64,000 nt of DNA from Candidatus Cloacimonadota bacterium (GCA_018645365.1 JABGOP010000001.1:80118-144117), one strand, 5' to 3'. Counted from the stretch's first letter, positions 1-9,666 are shown. Program-made: numbers and translations. The notes: generated by a model from the letters alone, not told the origin.

Positions 1-17
1 CAAAAATTTTTACTGGT

Positions 18-647
18 ATGATAATGAATAGAATTGAAACTGAAATTTTTGAAAAACACCCTAAGCTTCGCCATATTGTAAGTCTTAGTACTCCAAAATG
101 GGTAAAAGCAGAAATTCTTGATTTTGAGCGTTATGATAGACAAAATTATACAAATTTAGTAACTAAGGTTAAGGTAATTGATGATTTAAGTGGTGAAATG
201 TTAACAGATGAACTTACCATTGTGATTAGCGGATCAACAGAAAAGATGTTTCCAGATAGCGGAAAAGCTCAATTTCAACGAGGAAAAACATTCTTAATAG
301 CATCAGGACCAACTTTTTTAAACACAATAACAAAAAATATAGAATACGATGGAAATTTGTTAGATACAAATAACCCTATCATATTTTATACTTCCGCAAT
401 ACATTGTTTCGAGGTTATAGATGATGAATTCACTTGGGAACGAGGAGGATATCGAGTTTTGCAATTCTTTTTATTTGCTGGTAAGGTGGTACCCTGGAAT
501 CATCTAATTCTTGATAATCCCAGCGTACCTAGTGTGTTTGGAACAAAAATAAGTTATCAAATCGTGCGAGACCGTCTTACCGAGCAAATGGATTTTTTGC
601 GACAATACAAAGATGTAAAATTGAATAATAAAAAAGATGAATATTAG
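18..647 (+). CDS. hypothetical protein, first of a tandem paralogue pair
   Basis: 209-aa ORF with no family recognised. Shares a KVKV(I/L)D..G-E...E..IVI core and a near-identical C-terminal tail (YKDVKLNNKKDEY vs YKDVKLNNKRDGH) with the next ORF. Confidence 0.55.
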   Translation: MIMNRIETEIFEKHPKLRHIVSLSTPKWVKAEILDFERYDRQNYTNLVTKVKVIDDLSGEMLTDELTIVISGSTEKMFPDSGKAQFQRGKTFLIASGPTFLNTITKNIEYDGNLLDTNNPIIFYTSAIHCFEVIDDEFTWERGGYRVLQFFLFAGKVVPWNHLILDNPSVPSVFGTKISYQIVRDRLTEQMDFLRQYKDVKLNNKKDEY

Positions 648-665
648 ATTATAACGAGGGCAAAA
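606..665 (+). repeat. copy A of a 60-nt conserved 3' junction (last 13 codons, stop, and 18 nt downstream)
   Basis: Hand alignment with 1801-1860 gives 53/60 identical positions. Similarity begins abruptly and continues past the TAG at 645-647. Confidence 0.8.
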
Positions 666-690
666 AATTACTAAAAACAGGAAAAAGCTT

Positions 691-1842
691 ATGTTAAAAA
701 AGGTGAATTTACTAATTATGCTATTTTGTATTGTAATGTTATTTGGGGTAGAATTAGATAAACCACACAACATTATGCCCCAGAAATTGAAATATAATGA
801 ACTACCAGAAAATTATCCGAAAGAGTTGGATGAGTTATTTAATTTTCATTATGCTATGGTAAAAGAAATGGCAAAAATTGACACAGTTACAGAAAGAGAG
901 GAAAGATGGCTTTTATTACAAAAGTACAAATCAACTTTGCCATACGAGACAAAAATTAAATTAGCCTATTTAAGCTGGTTGGCGAAACAAAAAATAACAA
1001 AATACTACTATGAGTATAGGTGGATAAATTGTTTATCAAAATTTTATGTTGGCGAACATTTTTCTCTTGCCGAAATCAAAAAACTTTCGATTATGCCATG
1101 TACAGCTTACGATGTTAAGACTCATGGAGAATTTATATTTCCAGAGGTGCATTTTAAGGAAATTGCCGATAAATTTGTTGATTATGAACACTGGATGAAA
1201 AAGTGTTTTTTAAAAGTTAAAATTGTAAAACTAGAAAAAAAAGACGATAAATCAGCATATGTGAAGATGAAGGTGCTAGATAGCATTGGTGATGAGTTTG
1301 AAGAAAAAGAGATTATTGTTATAGCTAAGAGTAAATACGATAGACGGAAAAAAGAATACAATCTCTTTGAAGAAGGTTCAAATTATGTCGTTCCTATAAT
1401 GCTTTCATATCGCAATCCTGAGCATGATTTATTTGAATTTGAGGGCAAGCAGTACTATATTCACAACACATATTTAGTGTCTTATGCTTCATCTTACGAA
1501 CTAGACGAAAACGATGTTATGAAGATATATGCGCCTCGCCCACCATACGGTTTTGATGTCTCAGTACAACATACAAGTTTGTGGACTTTATTGGAATTAA
1601 AAGCATTTGTAGATTGGGATGACAGAGAACAATTTTTTTTGGAACATGGACTCCCCTTCTGGATTCATAAATATAAAGCTGGTGAGCTTAATCGTGAAGA
1701 GATGTATGGAGCGATCGCTCTTTCATATCGAAGTTTTTCTAAAGTACCTTATGAGCAATTTAAGGAAAAATTAGAAGAACCAATTAACTACCTAAAACTG
1801 TATAAAGATGTAAAATTGAATAATAAAAGAGATGGACATTAG
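691..1842 (+). CDS. hypothetical protein, second of a tandem paralogue pair (possible signal/anchor)
   Basis: 383-aa ORF with a hydrophobic N-terminus (LLIMLFCIVMLFGV). The C-terminal half resembles ORF 18-647 and has the same tail motif. Confidence 0.55.
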   Translation: MLKKVNLLIMLFCIVMLFGVELDKPHNIMPQKLKYNELPENYPKELDELFNFHYAMVKEMAKIDTVTEREERWLLLQKYKSTLPYETKIKLAYLSWLAKQKITKYYYEYRWINCLSKFYVGEHFSLAEIKKLSIMPCTAYDVKTHGEFIFPEVHFKEIADKFVDYEHWMKKCFLKVKIVKLEKKDDKSAYVKMKVLDSIGDEFEEKEIIVIAKSKYDRRKKEYNLFEEGSNYVVPIMLSYRNPEHDLFEFEGKQYYIHNTYLVSYASSYELDENDVMKIYAPRPPYGFDVSVQHTSLWTLLELKAFVDWDDREQFFLEHGLPFWIHKYKAGELNREEMYGAIALSYRSFSKVPYEQFKEKLEEPINYLKLYKDVKLNNKRDGH

Positions 1843-1860
1843 GTTATAATGAAGGCAAAA
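1801..1860 (+). repeat. copy B of the 60-nt conserved 3' junction
   Basis: 53/60 identity to 606-665, with TAG at 1840-1842 in the same relative position. Confidence 0.8.
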
Positions 1861-1864
1861 TAAT

Positions 1865-2317
1865 ATGATTCCTGAAATTACCCTTTGGATGTCAGAATTC
1901 ATCATCAACTATGGTTTCATTGCACTTTTAATTAGTTCATTTATTTGTGCTACCATTTTTCCCGCAAGCTCTGTAGCTATTTTATTTGTAGCATTATCAG
2001 CTGGAATGGAACCAATTTCTGCAGTAATTTCATCTTCAATTGGCAATTGTTTAGGTTGCGTTTTTAATTATTACTTAGGCAGAATCATCGGCAATCCACT
2101 CCTCCCGAAATTACAAAAATCAAAAAATGGTGAAAAAGCCATTCGGTATGTTAAAAAATATGGAACTTACAGTTTATACTTAGCGTGGACACCATTTCTT
2201 GGTGACCCAATCACAATTGCCGCCGGAATTTTCAAAATAACTTTTGTTAAATTCGTCTTAATTGTTTTTTCTTTCCGAATTTTTTTCTACATCATTGTGA
2301 TGTTATTCTATATTTAA
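1865..2317 (+). CDS. YqaA/DedA-family small membrane protein
   Basis: 150 aa and polytopic. The N-terminal region (ATIFPASSVAILFVAL...NYYLGR) resembles the YqaA / SNARE-associated family. Confidence 0.5.
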   Translation: MIPEITLWMSEFIINYGFIALLISSFICATIFPASSVAILFVALSAGMEPISAVISSSIGNCLGCVFNYYLGRIIGNPLLPKLQKSKNGEKAIRYVKKYGTYSLYLAWTPFLGDPITIAAGIFKITFVKFVLIVFSFRIFFYIIVMLFYI

Positions 2318-3204
2318 GCACTCACCACACCGAGCACCATTGATAAAAATTTCGTTTCGGCGGTATCTGCACGAGATGCAATCAAAATAGGAACTTTGGC
2401 ACCCATAACCACATGAGCAACACGATATTTGCAATAATAAGTTAATGATTTTCCAAAGATATTCCCAGCTTCGATATTGGGAACCACTAACACGTCTGCA
2501 TTTCCAGCAACTTCAGATTTTATATTTTTAACTTTTGCTGATTCTTCATCAATTGCAACATCGAAAGCCAATGGACCGAAAACAACACAATTTGGAAACT
2601 CTGCTAACTTTTCTGTAATAATTTGAGCATCCACGGTTGCTGGCATTTTTGGATTTACCACTTCTACCGCAGCCAAAAGTGCAACCTTTGGGTTTGGAAT
2701 TTCTAATGAATGAGCAACTTTTACAGCATTTTTTATAATTGAAATTTTATCTTCCACGTTAGGGTATAAATTTATCCCCCCATCACTCATTAAAATCAGT
2801 TTTTGGAGGTGTTCATAAATGAGCACATCGCTTAATTTCTCGTCACTTCGCAAACCGACTTCTTTATCTAAAACTGCCTTCAATAGCGTTGCCGTTGGAC
2901 ATTTTCCTTTCAAAATAATATCCGCTTTACCCTCTCTGACTGCTTTCACAGATTTTTGGGCAGCTACCTCCAAATCGTTGCCAGCATCAATAATCTCAAA
3001 ATCATCCTTGATTTCTGGAACATTCTCGCTCAAATAATTTTCGATAAAAACCTTATCGCCCACCAATAAACTATTGGCGATATTTTCCATTTTTGCCAAA
3101 ATTGCCGCATCCAAAACCGACGCTGTTTGTGCTGCAGTAATGACGACTGTTTTATTTTTCATACTTTTTGCTTTTTCTAAAAGCTCATTAAAATTACGAA
3201 TCAT
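2314..3204 (-). CDS. ptb: phosphate butyryltransferase / phosphate acetyltransferase (PTA_PTB family)
   Basis: Full-length similarity to Ptb-type phosphotransacylases (MIRNFNELLEKAK..., ...LVVPNIEAGNIFGKSL...ILIASRADT). I prefer the internal ATG at 3204, preceded by AAGAGG, over the ORF-track start at 3246. Confidence 0.75.
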   Translation of the reverse strand: MIRNFNELLEKAKSMKNKTVVITAAQTASVLDAAILAKMENIANSLLVGDKVFIENYLSENVPEIKDDFEIIDAGNDLEVAAQKSVKAVREGKADIILKGKCPTATLLKAVLDKEVGLRSDEKLSDVLIYEHLQKLILMSDGGINLYPNVEDKISIIKNAVKVAHSLEIPNPKVALLAAVEVVNPKMPATVDAQIITEKLAEFPNCVVFGPLAFDVAIDEESAKVKNIKSEVAGNADVLVVPNIEAGNIFGKSLTYYCKYRVAHVVMGAKVPILIASRADTAETKFLSMVLGVVSA

Positions 3205-3351
3205 TTTTACCTCTTTTAAGTTATTTCTTTCAAAGATGGGAATCAAATATCAGGATTTTAAGTCAAGTTTTTATTTTGTATAGAATTAAATTTCTTGACA
3301 CAAAACTCACTTATTTCCATTTGGAAAGAAATAAATTTTTAGTGGGGAAAT

Positions 3352-4287
3352 ATGGCTGTTTCAAAAAGATGGCACATCGCATTATCGACTACAAAGTCAG
3401 CAAAGCCTGTTCATGTAAGCATTCCGCAAAGTTTCGGAATCGTCTTATTAACAATGCTTATTGCTATTTTTGTGCTATTTTTAGGTTCCCTTTTTTACAT
3501 TACAAAAAATCAAAATAAAATTTCCACTGCCAAAAATTTAATTTTAGAAAATAAGCAATTACATCATAAATTAACCTATATTTCAACTCAAATTGATTCT
3601 ATTACATTAAAAATTCAATTGATGGAAAAATGGGAAAATAAAATCCGTTCAGATAAAAATTTTGACATTATAAATGAGGAAATCCGCCAAATGGGAACAG
3701 GTGGAATTCCAGTTATAGACACCACTTTTCATTCGATAGATGAAAACTTAAGCATAAACTATAATCTCACACTCAATAAAATTATTCAACTAAATAGTCG
3801 CACCGATTTCGACCTCGAAACACATCAAGAATTATTGACACAAGCTGATTTAAAAAAACTACTCTACTTAAATACTCCCTCTATCTATCCTACTTACGGT
3901 CGAATTTCAGATGGATTTGGTTGGCGAACCCATCCCATCACAAAAAAGCGATCCTTCCATAATGGACTTGATTTTGGCAACAAGGCAGGAACACCAATTT
4001 ACGCAACTGCCGATGGCGTGGTGAAACAAACTGGCTGCCAAAAACTTTTTGGAAAATACATCGCACTCGACCACCAATTTGGCTATCAAACAAATTATGC
4101 TCATCTTCACAAAGTGCTTATTAAAAAAGGTGACGAAGTCAAAAGAGGACAAATTATCGCAGAGATGGGAAACACGGGCAGATCTACCGGTGCACATTTA
4201 CACTACGAAGTGCTTCGATACAATAAATATCGAAACCCCTATAAATATTTAAACAAACTCGAAGATGACATCGTTATTTCAAAATAA
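3352..4287 (+). CDS. M23 (LytM-domain) peptidase, membrane anchored with a coiled-coil linker
   Basis: N-terminal TM segment. C-terminal motifs HNGLDFG...GTPIYATADGVV...GNTGRSTGAHLHYEV. Confidence 0.85.
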   Translation: MAVSKRWHIALSTTKSAKPVHVSIPQSFGIVLLTMLIAIFVLFLGSLFYITKNQNKISTAKNLILENKQLHHKLTYISTQIDSITLKIQLMEKWENKIRSDKNFDIINEEIRQMGTGGIPVIDTTFHSIDENLSINYNLTLNKIIQLNSRTDFDLETHQELLTQADLKKLLYLNTPSIYPTYGRISDGFGWRTHPITKKRSFHNGLDFGNKAGTPIYATADGVVKQTGCQKLFGKYIALDHQFGYQTNYAHLHKVLIKKGDEVKRGQIIAEMGNTGRSTGAHLHYEVLRYNKYRNPYKYLNKLEDDIVISK

Positions 4288-4298
4288 ACGGATAAAAT

Positions 4299-4502
4299 AT
4301 GAAAAATTTAAATTTTGAACAATCTTTAAAAAAGTTAGAAAAAATCGTCAAAACTCTTGAGAATGGCGTTGATGAATTGGATGCAATCGTGAGGCTTTTC
4401 GAGGAAGGTTCACAATTAGCAAAATATTGTAGTGAAAAATTAGAAAAAGTGGAAACTAAAATTGAAATCCTGAATGATAAACTTCAGCAAAAGGAAGCCT
4501 AA
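4299..4502 (+). CDS. xseB: exodeoxyribonuclease VII small subunit
   Basis: 67 aa with the typical XseB pattern (FEQSLKKLEKIV..LE....L...V.LFEEG..L...C..KL). Shows the conserved xseB-ispA synteny. Confidence 0.85.
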   Translation: MKNLNFEQSLKKLEKIVKTLENGVDELDAIVRLFEEGSQLAKYCSEKLEKVETKIEILNDKLQQKEA

Positions 4503-4503
4503 A

Positions 4504-5394
4504 ATGAGTGAAACAAAAATATTAAAAAAAAATTTAAGAGAAACAAAAGAACTGATAAATATTGAAATAGACCGCTTTTTACCACGAAAAGATGAATACC
4601 CAAAATTGATTCATAAAGCTTTGCGGCACACTCTTTTTGCTGGCGGCAAACGCATTCGGCCATATTTAATGGTGCAAACCTACAAATTATTCAAACAAGA
4701 TATTGAAAAAACATTTTATGTGGCTGGCGTTTTGGAGATGCTACACACATATACTTTGGTTCACGACGATTTACCAGAAATTGATAATGATGATTATCGA
4801 CGCGGCAAAAAGGCATGTCATGTGGAATATGGCTCTGATATCGCACTTCTTGCCGGCGATGCACTCTTGGTTTATGCTTTCAACGCGCTTGCAAAAGCTG
4901 ACATCGATTACCGTTTGAAATTCAAAATGATACAAGAATTAGCAGAAGAGTCTGGAAATAAGGGTTTAATCGGCGGTCAAATGGTGGACATAGAAAGTGA
5001 AGGGAAAAACATTACCAAAAAAACACTGCATTACATCCACCAAAACAAAACAGCACGCATGATAAATTTACCGATTAGATTTGGTTGTTATTTAGCAAAA
5101 GCTTCGGAAGAAGAAACGGCACGTTTAGAAAAATTTGGTGAAAAAATTGGGCTCGCATTTCAAATAGTTGATGATATTCTCGATGTTGAAGGAAATAAAA
5201 CCACCGTCGGAAAAAGCATCGGCAAAGATGAAAAATCAAAAAAAGCCACTTTCCCATCTATTTATGGCTTAGAGAAATCAAAAATAATGGCTGAAAAATT
5301 GATTACTGAAGCAAAAACATTACTCAAACCATTCGGTGAAGATGCAAAAATGATGAAAATGCTTTGCGATTTTATCTTAACCAGAAAATTCTAA
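4504..5394 (+). CDS. ispA: (E)-prenyl diphosphate synthase, probably farnesyl diphosphate synthase
   Basis: FARM DDLPEIDNDDYRRGK and SARM FQIVDDILD. A Tyr five residues before FARM (HTYTLVHDD) fits the FPP chain-length type. The ATG at 4504 directly follows the xseB stop; the ORF track offers 4474 as an alternative. Confidence 0.85.
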   Translation: MSETKILKKNLRETKELINIEIDRFLPRKDEYPKLIHKALRHTLFAGGKRIRPYLMVQTYKLFKQDIEKTFYVAGVLEMLHTYTLVHDDLPEIDNDDYRRGKKACHVEYGSDIALLAGDALLVYAFNALAKADIDYRLKFKMIQELAEESGNKGLIGGQMVDIESEGKNITKKTLHYIHQNKTARMINLPIRFGCYLAKASEEETARLEKFGEKIGLAFQIVDDILDVEGNKTTVGKSIGKDEKSKKATFPSIYGLEKSKIMAEKLITEAKTLLKPFGEDAKMMKMLCDFILTRKF

Positions 5395-5397
5395 AAT

Positions 5398-5829
5398 ATG
5401 AAAATTAAAATTCAAAAAATAACCAAAAACGCACTTCTCCCACAAAAAATGACAGAACATGCCGCAGGTTACGATTTGTATTCCGCTAATGACGAAAATA
5501 TTATGCTAAAACCAAGCTCCATCACGCTTGTTTCGACTGGAATAGCGATTAGTTTACCAATTGGCTACGAAGCTCAAATTCGACCAAGAAGCGGATTAGC
5601 CGTCAAAAACCAAATTGGAATTTTAAATTCACCTGGCACTATTGATGCTGATTATCGCGGGGAAATTAAGGTAATTCTCTTCAATTTTGGCAAAACTAAT
5701 TTCACTATCAAGCCTGCAATGCGTATCGCCCAAATGGTAATTTCCAAGCACGAAACCATCGAATTTGAACTTCATAAACAACTCGATGAAACCAGGCGCG
5801 GTGATGGCGGATTTGGTCACACAAAATAA
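5398..5829 (+). CDS. dut: dUTP diphosphatase
   Basis: 143 aa with AAGYDLYS, RPRSGLA, GTIDADYRGEI and the C-terminal RGDGGFGHT motif. Confidence 0.92.
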   Translation: MKIKIQKITKNALLPQKMTEHAAGYDLYSANDENIMLKPSSITLVSTGIAISLPIGYEAQIRPRSGLAVKNQIGILNSPGTIDADYRGEIKVILFNFGKTNFTIKPAMRIAQMVISKHETIEFELHKQLDETRRGDGGFGHTK

Positions 5830-5832
5830 TTT

Positions 5833-6423
5833 ATGCTGGCTGCCGTAAAACTCCCTTTTGGAAAAACCATTTTCCAATTTCAAAATGGTCACTCCATCAC
5901 TTCCGATTCTGCCAATTTGATAGATTTTGTCCTGAAAAACACGCCCCGCAAAAAACTTCGCATTTTAGAACTCGGAAGTGGCAACGGCATCGTCTCCATT
6001 ATGCTTTCACACTATCGCCCAAACTGGAAAATTATTGGCATAGATATTCAAGCAAAACTCGTGGAACTCTCCCTGAAAAATGCGCAAATAACAAATGCCA
6101 AAACTGAGTTTAGCGAAGCAGACTTACGCCATTTTCAATCGGAAAAATTTGACATTATTGTTTCAAATCCACCTTATTTTAAAAAAGATGAAGGCAGGAT
6201 AAGCCCTTTAGAAATACGAGCTTTAGCGCGTCATGAAATTTTATGCAACATGAACGATGTCCTCTTTTCTATTGAAAGAAACCTCAAAAATAGTGGCACC
6301 GCCTTTTTACTTTATCCCGAAAATAGACTGTTTGAATTAGAAAAAATCACAAAAAAGATTGACCTAAAAATTACTCAAAAAAAAGTTCTCTCGAATGCAA
6401 TAATCGTCTCAATAAAAAAATAG
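5833..6423 (+). CDS. class I SAM-dependent N6-adenine-type methyltransferase (TrmN6/YfiC-like)
   Basis: SAM-binding ILELGSGNGIVS and catalytic NPPYF motif. Confidence 0.6.
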   Translation: MLAAVKLPFGKTIFQFQNGHSITSDSANLIDFVLKNTPRKKLRILELGSGNGIVSIMLSHYRPNWKIIGIDIQAKLVELSLKNAQITNAKTEFSEADLRHFQSEKFDIIVSNPPYFKKDEGRISPLEIRALARHEILCNMNDVLFSIERNLKNSGTAFLLYPENRLFELEKITKKIDLKITQKKVLSNAIIVSIKK

Positions 6424-6431
6424 AGGAAGAT

Positions 6432-7211
6432 ATGAAAAGAGGTATTTTTTTACAGATATTCATAATTTTAATCATTTTGATTATTTGGAATCTTGCACAT
6501 CTTGGCTACGATTGGCAACGAGAACATTGTCAAACCGAATTATCCAAAATTCCAATGATTTTAATCTCAAGCGACGACAATGCTTTTAGCTCTCTAAAAA
6601 CCAAAATTGACACCTTGAACTTTATCAAAAGCGCTGTTATTCAAGCAGATTCAACCATTTCACAAAACTTATTACACACTTATGGGTTGGTCGGGATTGA
6701 AGAAATTTTATCAAATTTAACTTTGCCAAACATCATGAAAATCAAGTTTAATATCACTCATTTTGGAATATTACAAAAAGCAAAATTAGAAAAAATCATC
6801 TCCAAAAACCAAGAAGACATTATCCTGATTTACGATCATGATTTTTGGAAGGCTACACAAGTAAGACTAACTCTTCTCACTAAAGCTTATTATCTTCTAA
6901 ATGTATTTATCATCGCAGTTTTACTCTTTTTGACTATTTTTATAAGATTTCATTTTGCCATTATTTCCCAGGAAAAATGGAAAATAAAGCGCGCCCTTGG
7001 TGGCTCGCGAAAAAGCCGCGAAAAAAGTTTTTGGTTAACTTCGTTGTGGCTACTTTTAATCCCGTTCACCTTAATTTTCGGGGGTTATTTTGCAGTAAAC
7101 CATTTCGGGCTTTTAAAATTTGAAATTGCCACCTACAAATTTGGCATTGAGTTTGGCACACTTTTATTGATTATTTTAATTTCACGCATCACTTTACGGA
7201 AAACATTATGA
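6432..7211 (+). CDS. FtsX-like topology membrane protein (putative)
   Basis: One N-terminal TM, a roughly 130-aa extracytoplasmic domain, then three C-terminal TMs. No adjacent ftsE, so the family call is weak. Confidence 0.35.
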   Translation: MKRGIFLQIFIILIILIIWNLAHLGYDWQREHCQTELSKIPMILISSDDNAFSSLKTKIDTLNFIKSAVIQADSTISQNLLHTYGLVGIEEILSNLTLPNIMKIKFNITHFGILQKAKLEKIISKNQEDIILIYDHDFWKATQVRLTLLTKAYYLLNVFIIAVLLFLTIFIRFHFAIISQEKWKIKRALGGSRKSREKSFWLTSLWLLLIPFTLIFGGYFAVNHFGLLKFEIATYKFGIEFGTLLLIILISRITLRKTL

Positions 7212-7762
7212 AAAAACACGCACCTAATATTTTAACTATTTTTCGAGTTCTACTCGTACCCGTTTTTATTTGGTTAACCATTACAAATCACCCATTTTAT
7301 TGGGCTACAGCTGTTTTCATTGTCGCTAGCATTACCGATTATTTTGATGGGCTGCTCGCCCGAAAATTTAAAGTAATTTCAAATTTTGGAAAAATAATGG
7401 ACCCACTTGCCGACAAATTTTTGATAATTTCAGCCCTATTTGTCCTTTCACTAAAGTTGGATTATATTCATCTCAGTATCGTCATTATTATCATTTTTCG
7501 TGAAATTATCATCACAATTTTGCGAGGTTATTACGCAAGAAAAAATATCTTTATCGCAGCAAACATCTGGGGTAAATTGAAAACAATTTTTCAGCTTACT
7601 GGTATTATTTTTTGTCTCTTATTTACAACAGCAAAAAACTATATCTCATTCCCAAGAAATATTGAAAATTCAATCAATTTTAGCATTCAAGCATTTTTCT
7701 GGATTGTTGCAATTATCACTATTTTATCTGGTTTGAATTATTTTATCACCAAACAAAAGTGA
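7208..7762 (+). CDS. pgsA: CDP-diacylglycerol--glycerol-3-phosphate 3-phosphatidyltransferase
   Basis: CDP-alcohol phosphatidyltransferase signature DYFDGLLARKF....GKIMDPLADK. N-terminal NILTIFRVLLVP. Confidence 0.85.
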   Translation: MKKHAPNILTIFRVLLVPVFIWLTITNHPFYWATAVFIVASITDYFDGLLARKFKVISNFGKIMDPLADKFLIISALFVLSLKLDYIHLSIVIIIIFREIIITILRGYYARKNIFIAANIWGKLKTIFQLTGIIFCLLFTTAKNYISFPRNIENSINFSIQAFFWIVAIITILSGLNYFITKQK

Positions 7763-8769
7763 AATATCTTTTATCCATTTTACTGTTCATTTTTGGATGC
7801 TCGAAGGAAATAAAACCAACATCAAAACACACTGATCCGCATAAACCAATGTCTTGGGGACACAAACAAACCGTCTATGTTTTTGCTGATGATAATGTTT
7901 GGAAATATGCCAAAAAACCATTAATGGAAAACCTAGAACGCTTCCATTTCACAACTGAAAATGAAAGTTATTTTGAGTTAAAACGAGCCGAAAATATTGA
8001 ACAATTCTATAAGTTTAATAATCTCATATTTTTCTGTGATTGGCAATCTAACGACCAAATTTCGGAATATGTAAAAAAACAACTCGGCAAACAAATTGAA
8101 CCCGAAATCAAACGAAACTCTGTGGCAATTTATCCAAAAGATAATTTGTGGGCAAATGACCAATTTGTCCTTTTTTTAATCGGCGATAATGAACGAAACT
8201 TACTCACACTAAATTTAACCATGGCAAACAACATTTTTGAGTTGATGACCAACAAATTAAAACAACGCATCAAACATCAAATCTACAAAACACCTATTTA
8301 CTCGACATCTTCCTTCAAAAATTTAGCTTGGTCAGCCGAAATCCCCAAAAACTACATTCGCTATAAATCAGACAAAAACTTCACCTCATTTTTAGCCAGA
8401 TTAAGAAATAAGTCTGACCGCTATTTTAGTGTTTACTCAGAAAAAATTGACAAAGCAACATTCGGTCGAGAATGGTTAAAAATAAAGCGTGCTGAAATTA
8501 GCTGGAAATATTACGATGAAGATTTTTTCAAAGAAAAAGAGATAAAATTAGAGAAATATAACACCGCTGAATTTAACGGTTGGAAACTTTCTGGCAGATG
8601 GCAAAATCTTAAATATGCTGTCGGCGGAGCATTTCAAAGTTTCGCATTTTACGACGAAAAAAGCCAAACCGCATACCTCATCGATAATTCAGTTTATTTT
8701 CCAGAAGGATACAAACTTCAATCATTAATCGAGTTGGAAATTATTTCAAATTCATTTAAGTTAAAATAA
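7759..8769 (+). CDS. hypothetical lipoprotein (possibly DUF4837-like)
   Basis: Lipobox LFIFGCS. 336 aa. GTG start overlaps the pgsA stop. The family guess comes from overall resemblance only. Confidence 0.5.
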   Translation: MKYLLSILLFIFGCSKEIKPTSKHTDPHKPMSWGHKQTVYVFADDNVWKYAKKPLMENLERFHFTTENESYFELKRAENIEQFYKFNNLIFFCDWQSNDQISEYVKKQLGKQIEPEIKRNSVAIYPKDNLWANDQFVLFLIGDNERNLLTLNLTMANNIFELMTNKLKQRIKHQIYKTPIYSTSSFKNLAWSAEIPKNYIRYKSDKNFTSFLARLRNKSDRYFSVYSEKIDKATFGREWLKIKRAEISWKYYDEDFFKEKEIKLEKYNTAEFNGWKLSGRWQNLKYAVGGAFQSFAFYDEKSQTAYLIDNSVYFPEGYKLQSLIELEIISNSFKLK

Positions 8770-8841
8770 AAATCTTGACGAAATAGTTGCTGAAATTAAG
8801 TGTAATCGCGTTGCTAAAATGTGATGAATTTAGGAGAAAAA

Positions 8842-9663
8842 ATGAAGAAACTTGTTATTTTATTTGTAATTATTTGGGTAAGCTCAGTGCTTCACGCTTA
8901 CGAATTAAACCGCCTAATCGACTCTCCAACTGCGGGAATTTTACAGAAAGGTGAATCGGAAATTTCCGCAAAAATATACAAAAATAACGGACTGCTCATC
9001 GGAGCAAAAGTAGGTTTATTTCCACGCTTTATGTTTGGCGTAAACTACGGTGCCGAACAAATTGTTGGTAACGAAGAACCTATCTGGCACGAACGCGTGG
9101 AATTCAACGCAAAATTGCGCTTGATGGACGAATCCTTCACATATCCAGCCGTAGCAATCGGTTACGATTCGCAAGGGCACGGAAATTACATCGATGAAGC
9201 TGATTCCATAAAAAAAATAAATAACACAATAACCTCTGAACCTCAAAAAATAAAAAGATATGACATCAAATCGAAGGGTGTATATTTGGTGGCTAGCAAA
9301 AATTGGTCGTTTTTTGGAAATTTCGGCACGCATTTAGGTATAAATAAAACACTCGAAAGTGATGATAAAGATTTGAATGTTTTTTTGGGAATTGATAAAA
9401 CTTTAGGAAATATTTTGGTTTTAAATTGTGAGTATGACTTCGCGTGGAACGATAACGAGGAAGTTTTTTTAGAACAAATTGAAGAAAATTATTATCAAGA
9501 GGTCGAGATTGAAGGACGGGGTTATTTGAATTCATCGCTCGACATTCACTTTACTGAATATCTTATTTTGAAAATATCCTTTTTTGACATTTTGCACAAT
9601 AATAAAGTCAACGCTTCTGGTAGCGACAGAACGCTGACTTTACTCTACAGTATGACTTTCTAA
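8842..9663 (+). CDS. hypothetical secreted / outer-membrane protein
   Basis: Signal peptide MKKLVILFVIIWVSSVLHA. The ATG at 8842 is preceded by AGGAGA. Ends in a beta-strand-like aromatic C-terminus (LLYSMTF). Confidence 0.55.
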   Translation: MKKLVILFVIIWVSSVLHAYELNRLIDSPTAGILQKGESEISAKIYKNNGLLIGAKVGLFPRFMFGVNYGAEQIVGNEEPIWHERVEFNAKLRLMDESFTYPAVAIGYDSQGHGNYIDEADSIKKINNTITSEPQKIKRYDIKSKGVYLVASKNWSFFGNFGTHLGINKTLESDDKDLNVFLGIDKTLGNILVLNCEYDFAWNDNEEVFLEQIEENYYQEVEIEGRGYLNSSLDIHFTEYLILKISFFDILHNNKVNASGSDRTLTLLYSMTF

Positions 9664-9666
9664 AGT

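Noticed and set aside
504-773. 89-aa minus-strand ORF bridging the two paralogue genes
   Set aside because: It overlaps both plus-strand ORFs and the conserved junction. It has a hydrophobic shadow-frame composition.
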